From assembly GCF_009914755.1 (NCBI RefSeq), contig NC_060930.1: a stretch of DNA of 64,000 bases, one strand, 5' to 3'. A program made the translations under genes and the position numbers. A model generated the notes under the pieces. It saw only the letters and a program-made list of their open reading frames with translations. It searched no databases and was not told where the DNA came from. Shown piece after piece: positions 1-24,184 of this stretch. Origin of the DNA: the human T2T-CHM13v2.0 reference genome, Homo sapiens. Positions within the stretch are counted from its first letter, which is position 1. Each line of letters begins with the position of its first letter.

Positions 1-99
1 TAATAAAGAGATTAAATCTTGATTTGTATCAAGGCAAGCAAAATGATAAGGCATAAGGACTGAAAAAGAAGCGATAAAACTATCGTTATTAACGTATTA

Positions 100-2390
<2,291 letters not shown>

Positions 2391-2854
2391 TTTTAATTAT
2401 AGAAACCACAAAACATCATCACTTACATCTTCTAATGAATAAGTACTATAAAATCTAAAATTGCCCATTTTAATCCCAATTTTTGGCCAATCAAATGGAA
2501 ACTGAAAGACTAAAAAAGGATGTATGAGTAGAAAAGAACATGTAAAGAAAAATAAGAGAAAACAAACAAGAAAAGAAGAAGACAGAAATCAACAAGGCAA
2601 AGAGAAAAGTTGAGAAAGGAAAGAAGTGGTATTAGGCTGACGAATTGGGAGGATACCATGTTGGACAGGATGCAGCCTTAACATCAGAAATGTTTATTGG
2701 CTGCTGACCATTTATAGCTTTCAACAACTGAGTCCTAACCATTTAGAGGATGTAAACTCAATGGTTTAAAGAAGAAATCCTCTATGACCCAATAGCAACT
2801 ACAAAGTCAGTATCATTTTAGAGTTGAATTTAAAGTATGTCAAGAATCAGAGAA

Positions 2855-3187
<333 letters not shown>

Positions 3188-3310
3188 CTACAGCTACAAA
3201 TACATGTGTGCTTTAATCTAGATGAATTCAAGAACAAGTACCAAATATCCTATATTGAATTATTTTCAAGTATACCCATCAGTTTTAAAGGGCTAAAATT
3301 CCTAGAATCA

Positions 3311-3562
<252 letters not shown>

Positions 3563-3901
3563 TCAGCCATTACAGATATATTATCATTATAATTATTATT
3601 CATGATGCAACAGAGTGAACAGTAAATAGGAGCAAAGATAATCCTAAAATCACTATTATTGTCTCTTGAGAGATGCATGTATTTTCTTATACACTAAAAT
3701 GGTTAAGTGTCAAATAGGTATCATAGGTGGTATTTTATACTTCGTGAGGAGTTACACGATTCAACTAAAACTGAGCTCTAAACCCCAGGGGAAAGGGAAA
3801 TTGTATTAATATTTTATGAGCAATTGATCTCTCTTTACATAGGACTTATCAAAGCATGCCCACCCTGCTGCCAAGTAAATGATTTATCAACCAATTTTTA
3901 A

Positions 3902-4195
<294 letters not shown>

Positions 4196-4659
4196 GGATT
4201 TCTAGGTAAAAATTAATTCCTTGGTGAGTCACTACATTTTCAGAAGGCTATTACTAAAATTAAAATCTATATCACATGAACTAGTAAATGGTAAGAAGTA
4301 GCAACCCAGAAGCATACTGAGTTTAAAGAAAAACCAGCCTACTAACATTTTAATGTATCTAGTAAAAAATCTGCATGTAAATAATAAAAAATTAATTTCC
4401 AATATTTTTAGTCATATTTCAAAAAAAAAATGGGTTGAGGAAAGTAAGACTAGAGAAATATTTCAAATTAGTCATTCCAGAAAGCCATTCTATTTGATCA
4501 CATCACCAAACCCTGTTCTTTAAGGAGAACAGCTACCCTTTGCGTGCCACTGTCACGTGTTATTAAAAATTCATGAGCTAACCCTATTTCATATTGACTA
4601 TGGCTTACCAGTCTACCACAGAGGTGGTAGCTATGAGAAGGAAGATTTATAGTATACTA

Positions 4660-5235
4660 TGGTAGGAAGCCTCTAAGATGGACCTTACTGATCCCCACCT
4701 CTTCATATTCATGTCTTTGTGTAATCCCCTTTCTTTTGTGTGTGGGCTGGACTAGTGACTTACTTCTGACAGACAGAATATGATAAAAGTAATGAATGCC
4801 ACTTATAAGATTAGGTTCCAAAAAGACTGTGACTTCTGTCTTGCTCTCACTCTCTCAGAGCCCTTGGTCTGGGGAAGCAAGTGGCCATGTTGTGTGTAGA
4901 CCATATGGAGACAGTCCATGTGGCAAGGAACTGGTATACCGGGCCCAAAGCCAGTCAGGACCTGAGGCCTACCAACAACCACATGAATGAGCTTAGAACT
5001 GGATCTTCTAAGGCCTTCTAACAGCTATGTCACTTGACAGATCCTCCCCCAGTCAAGGCTTGAGGTGACTTCAGTCCCAGCTAACATCCTGATTGCAACC
5101 TGTGATTGACAGAGACACCCAGTGAAGTCACTCTCAGATTGCTGGCCCACAGAAACTCTGAGACAGTAAATGCTTGTTGTCTTAAGCTGCTAAATTCTGG
5201 GATCATCTTTTTAATGGAGCAACAGATAACTAATA
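4660..5235 (+). mobile_element. MLT1 (E/F-like) MaLR solo LTR
   Basis: MLT1-type end: aaatgcttgttgtcttaagctgctaaattctggg...aacagataactaata. Confidence 0.75.
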
Positions 5236-5734
5236 TATACTATCATGTCCCTGCAGCAACTTGGTTTGCCATATCTTTATTACCACCGGTCACCTAGCTT
5301 TTGAAAAGAGGGGAATTATTTTTGGCTGAGGGCTTTAGGGGAAATTGATGCTGAATGCCAAAGAATAGTCACATATAAAATGTTCCCACCTCAAGTTGTT
5401 TCTCTAGAGGAGAACTGCAGGGGGGAACAAAGTTAATTATAGCAGTTAAAAAGCATTTTTACCTTATTGTTTTCTCCAAATAGAAAACATATAAATATGT
5501 GTATGTTCACTTAACCTCACACTCTATATAGAAGTACATACATATATAAGCATCATATAGAGAAAAAGATTAGAATACCAAATTGCCAATAGTGATTATC
5601 TTTGAATAGTTTTTCTACAATGAGCTAATGTTATCTGTATAAGAAAAAAAGTTATATTTATATATCCAAACAGGTATTTGTAACTCAAAAAAGGGGAAGT
5701 AATTAGGTTTCTATTACTTTGAAAGCAGATGTAA

Positions 5735-5920
5735 GTGAGTAGTTCAGGGTAGGGACAAGGATCTGGCTCAGCCTCTTACTAGTTCTGTACTTCCATTTCC
5801 TCATCAGCAAGATAGGAAGAATATTACTTTTCCTCATAAGATTGTCATAAGAAATAAATGAGTTAATTCTCGTAAAGCACCTAGTACATAGTAAGGTGTT
5901 ATGTAAAAGTTAGCTGTTCT
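5735..5920 (+). mobile_element. MIR
   Basis: tttcctcatc...taaatgagttaat...gtaaagcac. Confidence 0.6.
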
Positions 5921-6015
5921 TATCTTAGTGACAATGTCTCCAAATAAAAGCGTAAGAATTTTCTTTGTTAAACCACAGATAATATTCAAAACCTGAAAAT
6001 AACAGTGTTTTTCTA

Positions 6016-6609
<594 letters not shown>

Positions 6610-7737
6610 CTAGGAAAAGAAGACATGATAACAAAGTTTCAGTTACACATAGATTAGTTATATAAAGAAAAACCTAATAATTAATATTTGACAATGTGGA
6701 ATTATTGGGAGGATTATTTAGTTTTTCATCTGGACATAGTGACACTATTTTAGAGCATATGAGTACTCTCATAATTTATGCTTCCAGAATTTGATTAGTA
6801 ATCTCTGAATGTAACTTCAGATTAAATGAGTTAATTGACATGGGAAAAAAGTACTTAAGGACCTATAAGAAGTGAATTAATTGCTCAAATCTCAAATGCT
6901 ATTTTCCTCATACATATTTTCCTCATGATCTACACTCTAATAGATATTCGAGAAATTGCTAAAAGAGCCATTGAATGTGACATTTCAGGTCACCCAATAG
7001 GAAATATACATGGGTCATTTATTTTGCTTCATAATTACACTCTAAAAGCAAAAGTCTACAGCTCTAAGATCACCCTGCAGTAAATCTAAGTGTATCACTA
7101 AAATGCTGCTAAATATTACATATTAAGTTAAATCCAATGACAGACTAAGCACAATCTTGTACCTCCTTCCCCAATTAAAATTATTTAAAATGAGATATAT
7201 TTTTAATAGAAAAAAATAAATAAGGATAAGAGTCAAGTAATACAAGGAAGAGGAGGAGGGGATAAACTAGAGGATGACCAATCGAGGAGCTGGGATGAAC
7301 AGCTCTGTTTCCCACCTCCATTTGTGTTGACTTTCACCCATGGGATTAAGCATCCCAGCAAAGAGAGAAAGGGCAGTATGCTTCAGGTAGGTATAATTCC
7401 CATAAACTGCAGAGGCAGACCATGTTAAAAACAACTAACAAGGAAGAGAAGAGAGATTCTCAAATGTAAAGATGGCTTGACAACTGAAAATTAACAAACA
7501 CTAAAGGAAGGTAGCACAATGAAGGAAAGCCACCAAATCAAATACAATAAATAAATGAACACCAAAGGAAAATACATATCATATGTAAGTATTTAAAACA
7601 AGTATAGTTAATATTAATAAAGAAATGCAAAAGCATACTGGAGCAAGAAAACCCAACTGCTGATATTAAAATAAAATTCTGAATGATAAAAATAAAAGTT
7701 TAACTGATGTGTTGAAAAACAGAATGGACAAAAACCA

Positions 7738-8085
7738 TTGCTGACTGTGTATTCCTCAATTTGTTTTTAGTGACTCTCATGCTCTTCTTCAGGCTGTTAG
7801 TGTTAGCAGTACTTACATCATCACTTGTAGTTTCTTTCATATAGTGAAGATTGCTTCTAATAGTGTCAGGCTAAAAAGGAAGACATAATAAAGTTTCAGC
7901 TAAGCGTAGATTAGTTGTATCAAGAAAAACCAATAATTAATGTTCAACTATGTGGAATTATTGGGAAAATTATTTAGTTTTTTTACCTGGACATAGTGAT
8001 ACTATCTTAGAGCATTTGATGAGTACTCTCATAATTTATGCTTCCAGAATTTCATTAATAATCTCTGAATGTAACTTCAGATTAA
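7738..8085. repeat. ~350-bp direct duplicate of 6478-6825
   Basis: Colinear alignment from ttgctgactgtg to aatgtaacttcagattaa, offset 1260 bp. Confidence 0.95.
7817..7870 (-). CDS. AHI1: AHI1 54-nt phase 0-0 coding exon ([18 protein letters not shown])
   Basis: cctttttag|CCT...GAT|gtaagt; matches the first of the two 18-aa repeats I recognise in human Jouberin. Confidence 0.9.
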
Positions 8086-8564
8086 CATTTTGGATTAACA
8101 CTTTGGATTCATTTTGTCATGCACAATGTCACATTGTAATGTATGCACCTTACATGTTAACATTCGGTGCTACAAGATGAATCTAAAATCAAAATAAAGA
8201 AATGTGCCAGAAATGAATAAACTTAACAATACATACTGGGGTTTGATCTTTGAAACTCCCCATATTTTAAAAGTAGTTAAAAAATATCCAATGTATATAA
8301 AAAGGTGATTTAAAAAATGCTGAAAGAACTAGTATCCCAATACATATCTAAGATTTTACCAACTCTAAGACTCTTTTGCTCACCTAAAATATATTTCCAA
8401 ATTCTATCTGTTCTTTGAGGGTAAATTATGGTGCCACAGCCTCCAAAAAAATTCACTAATCAAATCTAATTATATTCACATGTTCTGTTTTAGAAGCAAT
8501 ATTTAATTTAAAACAGTAAAAATAAATAAATAAGGAAAAAAACCCCCAGAAAATACACACACAC

Positions 8565-11170
<2,606 letters not shown>

Positions 11171-11965
11171 AATTGCTATTTGTTTCAGAATCTTCTTTTT
11201 GTTTTTTATGACTTTTATTCATACCTCAATAACCTTGAATTTCCATTATGTTAAAATGGGGCATATGCAAATTTTTGTTTCTACTTTTTCAGTGAGTACC
11301 AATAATGTAGCACCAATATATACAAATTGTGAGGATACTCCTGAAAGAAATAATTAGAAAAAAGAGCTAATCAAGAATTAGAAAGAGAAGAAAGATTTAT
11401 GGTCTCAAGGAAAAAATTTTAAAATTGAAACTCCAGGCAAACTAATCAGAAAAGGCTGTTTTTTGTTTATTTACCACTGATCTGTCAGCCTTTGCACTAA
11501 TAACATTAATTTTATGACTTTATTATTAATTTGTCTTTTTCTTTAGTTCTGTTTTTTAAATACAGCAATGAATGAAGTTTCCAGAGTATCTTCAGTAGCA
11601 TCTCTACCTTTCATAGCATTATACTGACATTTTCATTACTTTTTAAATAGCCTGATTTTGTGGTTTTGATTTCCTTTTTCCCTCTAACAGCTTTATGGGA
11701 TAAATTCCCAAGTAGTTTGTAAATTATAAACTTTTGTTAACTTCTAGTTGTACTGTACTATTTTTTTTAAAAAAGTCTCCTTTGTGGAATTCAGCAGTTT
11801 CATGGATCAAATTATGTTTGAATTTTGAAACGTCCCAAATACATTTGTTCATTCATGTTCCTATTATACCTTTGCCAATTTTTTACCTCTTTAAATGATT
11901 CAGGTTTTTTTTGCTTTGGTTTATCTGCTATTAAAATCAGCTTTATTAAGATATAGCTTACATCA

Positions 11966-12284
<319 letters not shown>

Positions 12285-14087
12285 TATAGCTTACATCAAT
12301 AAAATTTGCCAATTTTAATTGTATAATTAAATGAATTTTGGCAAATGTATGCAGTCATGTGACCACCACCATAATCATGACATTGAACATTTCCATCATT
12401 CTACATGTCCTGTTACACAGTCAATGCCTTCCCTCCATGCTCTGACCCTACTCAACCACTGATCTGGTATCACAATAGCTTTGCCTTGTCTAGACTTTCA
12501 CATAAATGAAATTATACCATCTATAGCCTTTTGTGTCTGGTTTCCTTCATTCAGCACAAAGCTTTTAGGATTCATCCATGTTGCTTTATTCATAGCAGTT
12601 TATTCCTTTTTTGTGGAGTAGTATTCCATTGTACAGTTATATGCCACATTTTGTTTCTCCATACACCAATTAATAGATGTGAATTATTTCCAGTTTTGTG
12701 CTAGTATTAGATATGTTTTCATTTCTGTTGGGTAAATACCCAGAAGTGGAATTGCTGTGCTACATGGTAAACAGATATTTAACTTATTAAACAATTGCCA
12801 AACAGCTTCTCAAACTGGCTGTACTATTTCGCATTTTTATCAGCAATTTCTAAGAGAGTTCCAGTTACTTACCATCCTTGTTTGCACTTAATACTGTCAA
12901 TTTTTGTTTTGTAGCTGTTGTATTAGGTGTGCAATAGTACCTCAGTATTGTTTTAAACTGCATTTTCCTAATTACTATGACAGCAAGACTCTTTACATGT
13001 GTCTATTTGCTATCTATAGCTGTCCTTTCGTTAGTGTCCAAATCTTTTGCCCTTTTTAATTAGGCTGTTTGTTTTCATATCAGTGAGCTGTAAGAGCTCT
13101 TAAAATATTCTAGATACAACATTGTATCAGATAGTGCTTTAAAAATATTTTATCTAAACCTATAGCTATAAAATATTTTCATTTTTGTAGCAATGCTTTC
13201 AATTTTCACAAAGTCCAATTTAGCCCTTTTTTCTTTTATGGTTCATGTTTTTGTATCCTGAGAAATCTTTGCTCAACCCAAGGTTACAATTATCCTATGT
13301 TTCTCTTATAAGTTCTACAGTTTTAGCTCTTAAATATGTCTTTGATCCACTTCTAGTTAATTTTTAAACATGACATGATCCCAAGTTTATTATATATGAA
13401 TATCTGATTGTTCCAGGACCATTTGTTGAAAAGATTATCCTTGCCTTTAGTGAATTACCTTGGCAACTTTGTTAAGAGTCAATTGAACATATATATTTGA
13501 ATCTATTTCTATACCCTATTCTGCTCTACTGATTTATATGCCTATCTTTATGACAATTCCAGATTGTATTCATCACTATTGCTTTATAATGAGTTTTGAA
13601 TCAGAAAGTGTAATTCCAACTTTGTTCCTTTTCAAAATTGTTTTGGCTGTTCTAGGTCTGTTGTTTACAGTTCCCAATAAATTTCTGGTTTTTTGACTAC
13701 TTCTATTAATTTCTGAGAGAGGATACTGACATATCTAACTGTAATTGCTGATTTGTCTATTTCTCATCTAGATTTTAAAGAAAAAGAAGTCTCCTGGCAT
13801 TGATTAGGATTGAATTTAACAGATCATTTGTCAGAGAACGGACATTTGACAATGTTGATTCTTCTGATCCATGAACATGAATATCTATTTACTTAGGTCT
13901 TTATATTCAGCACTTTGAGGGGTTCAGTGTACAGCTCTTGCACATTTTTGATAAATTTATCCCTGAATGCTACACATTTTTTCTATTATAAATTATTTTA
14001 AAATTTAATTTCAAGTGATTCATTACTGGTATAGAAATACAATTGGTTTTTACACATTGACCATATATTCTGCTAAGCTCCCTAATA

Positions 14088-14448
14088 CAGACGGTCCCTG
14101 AATCACAATGGTTCTATTTATGATGGTTCAACGTATGATTTTTTTTACTTTATGATGGTGCATAAACACGCATTCAGTAGAAACCATACTTCCAAGTATC
14201 TATACAATTATTCTGTTATTCACTTTCAGTACAGTATCTAATAAATTATGTGAGATATTCAACACTTTATTACAAAATGGGCTTGGTATTAATTTTGCAC
14301 AACTGTAGGCTAATGTAAATGTTCTGAGCACACTTAAGGTAGGCTAGGACAAGCTCTGATGCTTGGTTGCTTAGGCGTATTAAATATATTTTCAACTTAC
14401 AATACTTTCCGTTTAAAAAGGACATAATCCCATCATAAGAACCACCTG
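14088..14448. mobile_element. MER47A-like Tigger MITE
   Basis: TA|CAG...CTG|TA termini; recognised internal sequence. Confidence 0.75.
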
Positions 14449-14742
14449 TAACTTCTAGTAGCACTTTTTTTGTAGATTTTTTTGGGATATTAACATAGAC
14501 GATTATGTCATTTGTGAATACACAGTTTACTTCTTCCTTTACAATCTGTATGCCTGTAAAAATTGCATTACCGCATTCGTCAGGGTCTCCAGTACAATTG
14601 TGAATACACACAGTGACTGACACATGCTCAGCTTAGAGCAAAAGCATTCAGTTTTGTGCCATTAAGCATGATGCTAGCTGCATATTTTTTAGATGCCCTT
14701 TATTAGGTTGAGGAAGTTACTGTCTATTCTTTTTTTTTTTTT

Positions 14743-14845
14743 AGACTAGTCAAATGCAGTACTGAGAGTATGAGTAGAACAAGGAGTTCAATCTGTAACT
14801 GACTGTGAAAAATCCCTTGAGATAACTCATTACCTTAGACAAGTC
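14743..14845 (-). pseudogene. Y1 RNA (RNY1) retropseudogene
   Basis: Minus strand GACTTGTCTAAGGTAATGAGTTATCTCAA...CACAGTCAGTTACAGATTGAACTCCTTGTTCTACTC...TTGACTAGTCT plus A-tail (14730-14742) and TCTATT on both flanks. Confidence 0.9.
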
Positions 14846-15554
14846 TCATCTATTGCTGGTTTAAGAATGAGTAATAAATGTTGTCAAGTCTTTTTTCTCC
14901 ATTTATTGAGATGATCTCATGGTTTTCTAATTCAATCTTTGGATATGGTGAATTACATTGGATGCTTTTTCTAACACTGAACTGACAGTATATTCCTGAC
15001 ATAAACTCCAGCTAGACATGGGGTATTATCCTTTTCATAAGATTGATTTTCTAATATTTTGTTGAAGATGTTTGCCATCTATATTTAAAAGGATTTTGGT
15101 ATGTATTTTTCTTGCAATCTTTGTCTGGCTTTGGCAGCTGTGTAATTATTGCCCACAAAAAGGAGTGGACAAGGATCACCTCTTATTTTACAGTCTGGAA
15201 GAGTCTGTATAGAATTGGCATTATTCTTTCATCAAATGTTTGAGAAAAGTTACTAATGAAGCCACCTGGGAGTAGTTTCCTTTGACAAAAGATTTTTAAC
15301 TACAGATTCCGTTTTTTTAAAAGATATATAATGTTCGAGTTATCTATTTCTTTTTGAGTGAGCTTCAGTAGTTTGTGCCCTTCATGTAATTTACACATTT
15401 CATCTAAACTGCTAAATTTATTGTCATAAAGTTACTCATAATACTCTTATTATCCTTTTAAGGTCTGTAGCATCTAAAGTGAATACCCTCTTACAATCCT
15501 GATATCGGCAATTTGCGTCTTCTTTCCTTGTTTCCCAATCAGCCTGGTTACAGG

Positions 15555-16140
15555 TAGTACAGAAAACAGTTAATTCATGAGCCTGGGTTGCTAAAAAGCT
15601 GCAAATCCCAAGAAGGGCATATTTTTAGGACCAGTCCTTGAAATGTTGTGCTTGATAAGAGTGTTTCTAAATGCCTGAAGCCTTGGGCCACACTGTAACA
15701 GTTTTGCCAGAAAGCTTATGTTAGCAATGTGATTTATGGTGAACATGTGTTTTTGCTTTGGGGGTTTGGAGTCTGAGCAGCTGAGGTCGGTGACACAGGC
15801 ACTGAATGCTCTGCCTCTACACAAAGCCCACATAGCCCTCTACACAAAACCATGAACATCAAGGCTTGGGTTGAGCTTCCCTGGGTGGCAACACTTTGCA
15901 CATTTTGTCACATGTTGTTGGAGGAATTAAGTGAGTCCCTTGCAACTCTACTGGGGGGTGTACCTGAAAGCTTGCACCTGGTTTCTCCTGGGCTGTGTCC
16001 CATGCACCTTTTCCCTTTGCTGATTTTAATCTGTATCCTTTTACAGTAATAAATGGTGTGGGTATAACAGCTTTTGAGTCCTGTGAGTCTCTCTAGTGAA
16101 TTATCAAGCCCGGGGGTGGCCATGGAAACCCCCAACACAT
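15555..16140 (+). mobile_element. MER21-like LTR
   Basis: gattttaatctgtatcctttt...aataaa...gagtcctgtgagtc...gtgaattatcaa. Confidence 0.55.
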
Positions 16141-17187
16141 ATGATAACCAATTTTATTACTCTTTTAAAAAATTACATTTGGATTTACTGAAGGTTTTCT
16201 ATTTTACTGATTTATACTCTTCTTATTTCTATCCTGTGTTTATTTTGTCTAATTTGTTCTTCACACTTTTTTAAGGTGAAAGCTTCAATGATGGATCTCA
16301 GACCATTCCTCATTTTTAATGTAATGCTACAAGTTTCCTTCTAAGTAATGCTTCAGCAGCATTCCATAAATTTTGATATGCTGTAATTTCATTTTTAGTT
16401 AGTTCAAAATATGTTCTAATTCTTTTGTGTTTTCTTCTTCAATACATTGATCTGGGGTCTTATTGAACTTCCAAATATTTGGTGATACTGCAGATAACTT
16501 TTGGTTAACTATTTCTAATTTGATGCTGTTGTGGCCTAAGAAAACATTTTGTATTATTTTAAAATTTTCTTTTACATTTAAAATTTTTATTTAATTTTTA
16601 TATATAAAATAAAGCTATGTAGACTTGTTTTATGGGCCAGAATGATGTCTGTCTCGGTGAATATTCCATATGCACTAGAAAACAATGAGTATTCTGTGTT
16701 TGTTGGGTACAATGTTCCCATAAAACTCAACTCAAATTTGTCAGTTACTGAAATCTACATTCTTATTGATTTTTTGACTACTTGTTGTATCAATTTCTGA
16801 AAGAGGATACTAACATATCTAACTGTAATTGCTGATTTATCTATTTCTCATTTCATTTCTATAGGTTTTTGCTTTGCATATTTTGAAGCTTTGTTATGAG
16901 TTTCATACACAGTCAGTTATATCCTTGATACTGACACCTTTATCATTAAAAAGATTCCTTTTCATCTTTGGCAATATTCTTTATTGTAAAATATACTTTC
17001 TCTGCTATCAATATAACAACTCCAGTTTTCTTTTTACTAGTGTTAGCATGGTATATGTTTCCATTCTTTAAATATTAACCTACCTATGCCCTTACATTGA
17101 AAGCAAGTTTCTTATAGTCAACATATAGTTGGGTCTTATTTGCCAATCTGACACTTTCTACTTTTTATTTGGACCATCCACATTTAA

Positions 17188-17574
<387 letters not shown>

Positions 17575-17714
17575 CCTCTCTGCCCTCTTTTCCAACTATC
17601 TTTCTCAATAGATTTTTGTGATTCCATTATCATTATTGGCTTTTTAGCTATCCTTTTAAAACAAATTTATGAAGACTCTAGGTTTTATAATACACATATT
17701 TAGCTTCTCATTGT

Positions 17715-20365
<2,651 letters not shown>

Positions 20366-20414
20366 ATTTTCTACCATTAAATAATGCCACTTCACATACA
20401 TTTTAAGAAATTCA

Positions 20415-20737
<323 letters not shown>

Positions 20738-20769
20738 TTATTTCCTCCCATACTTTGTGCTACGTGGGT

Positions 20770-21540
20770 CTTACAGTCTGAACATTTGTCCTCTCAAAAA
20801 CTCATGTTAAAATTTAGTCCTTAATTTGGCAGTATTGAAAGTTGGGGCCTTTTAGTGGTGATTGAGTAATGAGGACTTTGCCCTCGTGGGTGGATTAATC
20901 CATCAATGGGTTAACCAATTTATGGATTAATGGGCTAACAGATTAGGGCAGGGGTCCTCATGCCCCAGGCCTCAGACCAGTACTGGTCCATGGCCTTTTA
21001 CAAATCAGGCCACACAGCAGGAAGTGAGTGGTGGGTGAGAGCATTATTGGCTGAGCTCCACCTCCTGTCAGATCAGCAGCAGCATTAGATTCTCATAGGA
21101 GCAACAACCCTATTACAAATGACGCAGGCAAGAGACCTAGGTTGCACGTTCCTTATGAGAATCTAACTAATACCTGATGATCTGAGATGGAACACTTTCA
21201 TCCTGAAACCATCCCCCCCGGCCCACTCCATGGAAAAATTGTCTTCCACAAAACTGGCCCCTGGTGCCAAAAAGGTTGGGGACGGCTGGATTAGATCATC
21301 ATAACGGTGGGGCTGGTGGCTTTATAAGAAGCAGACTTGAGCTAACACATTCAGCCCCCTTGGCATATGATGCTCTGCACTGCCTTGGGACTGTAGAGTC
21401 CTCACCAGCAAAAAGGCTCTCATCAGATGTGAATCCTTGACCTTGGACTTCTCAGCCTTAAAACCCGTAAGAAATAAATTCCTTTTCTTTATAAATTACG
21501 TTTCTGGTATTCTGTTATAAGCAACAGAAAACTAAGACAG
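20770..21540 (+). mobile_element. MST(C/D)-like LTR interrupted by MER1B (hAT) at 20949-21288
   Basis: LTR end ttataagcaacagaaaactaagaca; MER1B termini CAGGGGTCC...GGGGACGGCTG, TSD gattag.. Confidence 0.8.
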
Positions 21541-21567
21541 TTGTTAAATCATTTACTTCTACAAATA

Positions 21568-21781
21568 AAGGTTGAATATCCCTTATACAAAATGCTTGAG
21601 ACAAAAAGTGTTTCAGATTTCTTTGGATTTTGTATATCTGCATTATATTTACTGGTTCAACATCCCTAATTTAAAATTCAAAATCCAAAACGCTCAAATG
21701 AGCATTTCCTTTGAGCATATTCATGCTCAAAATGTTTTGGATTCTTGACCATTTTGGATTTCAGATTAGGGACACTCAACG
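21568..21781. mobile_element. Tigger4/MER46-type MITE
   Basis: Terminal inverted repeats aggttgaatatccctta / ttagggacactcaac. Confidence 0.7.
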
Positions 21782-22005
21782 TTTATTATAAATCCTATTA
21801 AAAAAACCTAATTATTCTTGCTTTTATAAAATATCTTTTAAAGAGATTTTTAAGTAAGAGAAAAATCCTTCTATATCACGTTTACTATTTGTTGTGCTCT
21901 TCTTTTTTGTAAATCAAAATTTCCACTTGGTATTGTTGTCCTTTTTTTTTTTTAACACTTTTTTATACTACAGGTTTACTGACAAATTCTTTCAGCTTTT
22001 GTGCA

Positions 22006-22088
22006 CCTCAAAAAGTTTTTATTTCGCCTTCATTTTTGCAAGGAGACATATCTTGCAAAAATGAAGGCGAAATAAAAACTTTTTGAGG
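22006..22088. repeat. Perfect 37-bp inverted repeat with 9-nt spacer
   Basis: 22006-22042 is the exact reverse complement of 22052-22088. Confidence 0.98.
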
Positions 22089-22499
22089 ACCGAGAATTTT
22101 AGGTTGACAATTTTTTTTTCATTCAGTATTTTAAAATATTGTTCCATTGTCTTTTAGCTAGAATAGTTTCTGATGAGAAGTCTGCTGTCATTATTCTCCT
22201 ATATAAAATGTCTTTATTTTCTCTGGCTACTTTTAAGATTTCCAATTTATCCTTCATTTTCAGAAACTGTAGTATGATTTTTTCATATTTCTTCATTTAT
22301 GACCTGTTGAGCTTCTCTGATCTGTGGGTGTATTGTTTCCACACAGTCTACAAAGTTTTTAGTCATTATTTCTTCCAATGTATTCTGTCCCCACTCCTCA
22401 GGTTTCAAGTACACATAAGTTAAAATGCCTAATATTGTCCTATAGGTCATTGGTGTTCTCTTCCTCCTCCTCTCCAACTCCTATTCCAAAGGCCTTTTT

Positions 22500-22704
22500 T
22501 AGTGGTATGCTGTTAAACTCTCCAGTAAGGATAGGGCAGTATAAACAAAAAGCCTAGTCTAGTGTTTACCAACTTCCATGATGTAAGTATTCACATAAAT
22601 AGCCAATTTCAAGTTACTAATGGTTTAACAACCAGTTTACAAAATTCCCTAATATTTAACAACCAGCTCTTATAAACCTGGACAGGCCATGCCAGCCCAC
22701 CACT
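22500..22704. mobile_element. MER63A-like hAT MITE
   Basis: agtggtatgctg...ccagcccaccactg termini. Confidence 0.55.
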
Positions 22705-23127
22705 GTTTTTTTTTTTGTTTGTTTGATTTGAGTAATTTATATTGTTATTTCTTGACATTTACTGATCATTTTAATGCACTGTCCAGTATGCTAATTGCAT
22801 ACAGTCAATTTAAAATTTTGAATACTTTTATTTTTTTAATCTGTAGAAGTATAATTTGGTCTTTGAAAATATGTTCTATTTCTTTCTTTTACATCTTTTT
22901 TATGTTTTCCTATTCCTCTCCTAGAGTCTGTTTCTATTGATTGACTTATCTTTTGGTAATGGGTCGGGTTATCTTTCTTTTTTTAAATGCCTGGTAGATT
23001 TGACTGAATATCTGACATTATCAATTTTATATTGTTGGTGGCTGGATTTTGTTGGGAATCCTTTAAATACTGCTGGGCTTTGCTCTGGGATACAGTTAAA
23101 TGACTTCAACCAGTATAATCCATTTAA

Positions 23128-23450
<323 letters not shown>

Positions 23451-24184
23451 CATTTAAGGCTTTTTAAATTTAGTTACCCCCTGAAAACACTAGGGTTCTA
23501 AACTTGTTTTTGACACAGCCAAGGTAATTACAGATTTATAAGCTAAATCCAGGCCAGCACTTATATAGGTGAATGAACACATGAAAGATATTATTAATAC
23601 CTAGGAAACCATGAAGATTTTCTACCCTTTTAAAATCAATTCACTGCACAAAACAAAAAGTTTGAGAGAATGTAATTCATAAGATGAAGAAGTTATCACT
23701 TCTACAAAAGAACTATTATAAAAATAAAGTGAGAGAGGATAAAATCAAGATAATACGGTATACACAATAAAAGTGAGGAAATTTTGGCTCAACTATCCCC
23801 TTTTAAAAGAATGTATACGCAACTTCATAAATAATTATAGCTACAATTTGAGTGCTTACTCTTAACAATTTATATTTATTTGTTCCAGTTACTATTGCTG
23901 AGTATCAAACCACTCCAGACTTAGCAGTGTAAAATAATAAGCAGTTTATTATGCTCTGAGCCCAGTATATTCTCTTTATTTATCAAGCCCCTCTTATCTA
24001 ATTCCTGATGCTTTGATTCCACAATCCATCACTTCAATCATCACCCGCCATTTTCATGTACTTCCTATCCATACACTTGTCTGGTAAAACTGCAGGCACT
24101 GTTCAAATTTAGTGAACTTTACTTCCATAATTATAACCAGGCTATTGAATACTGCTGGAAAAACCTGAACCACTTCAAAGACAG

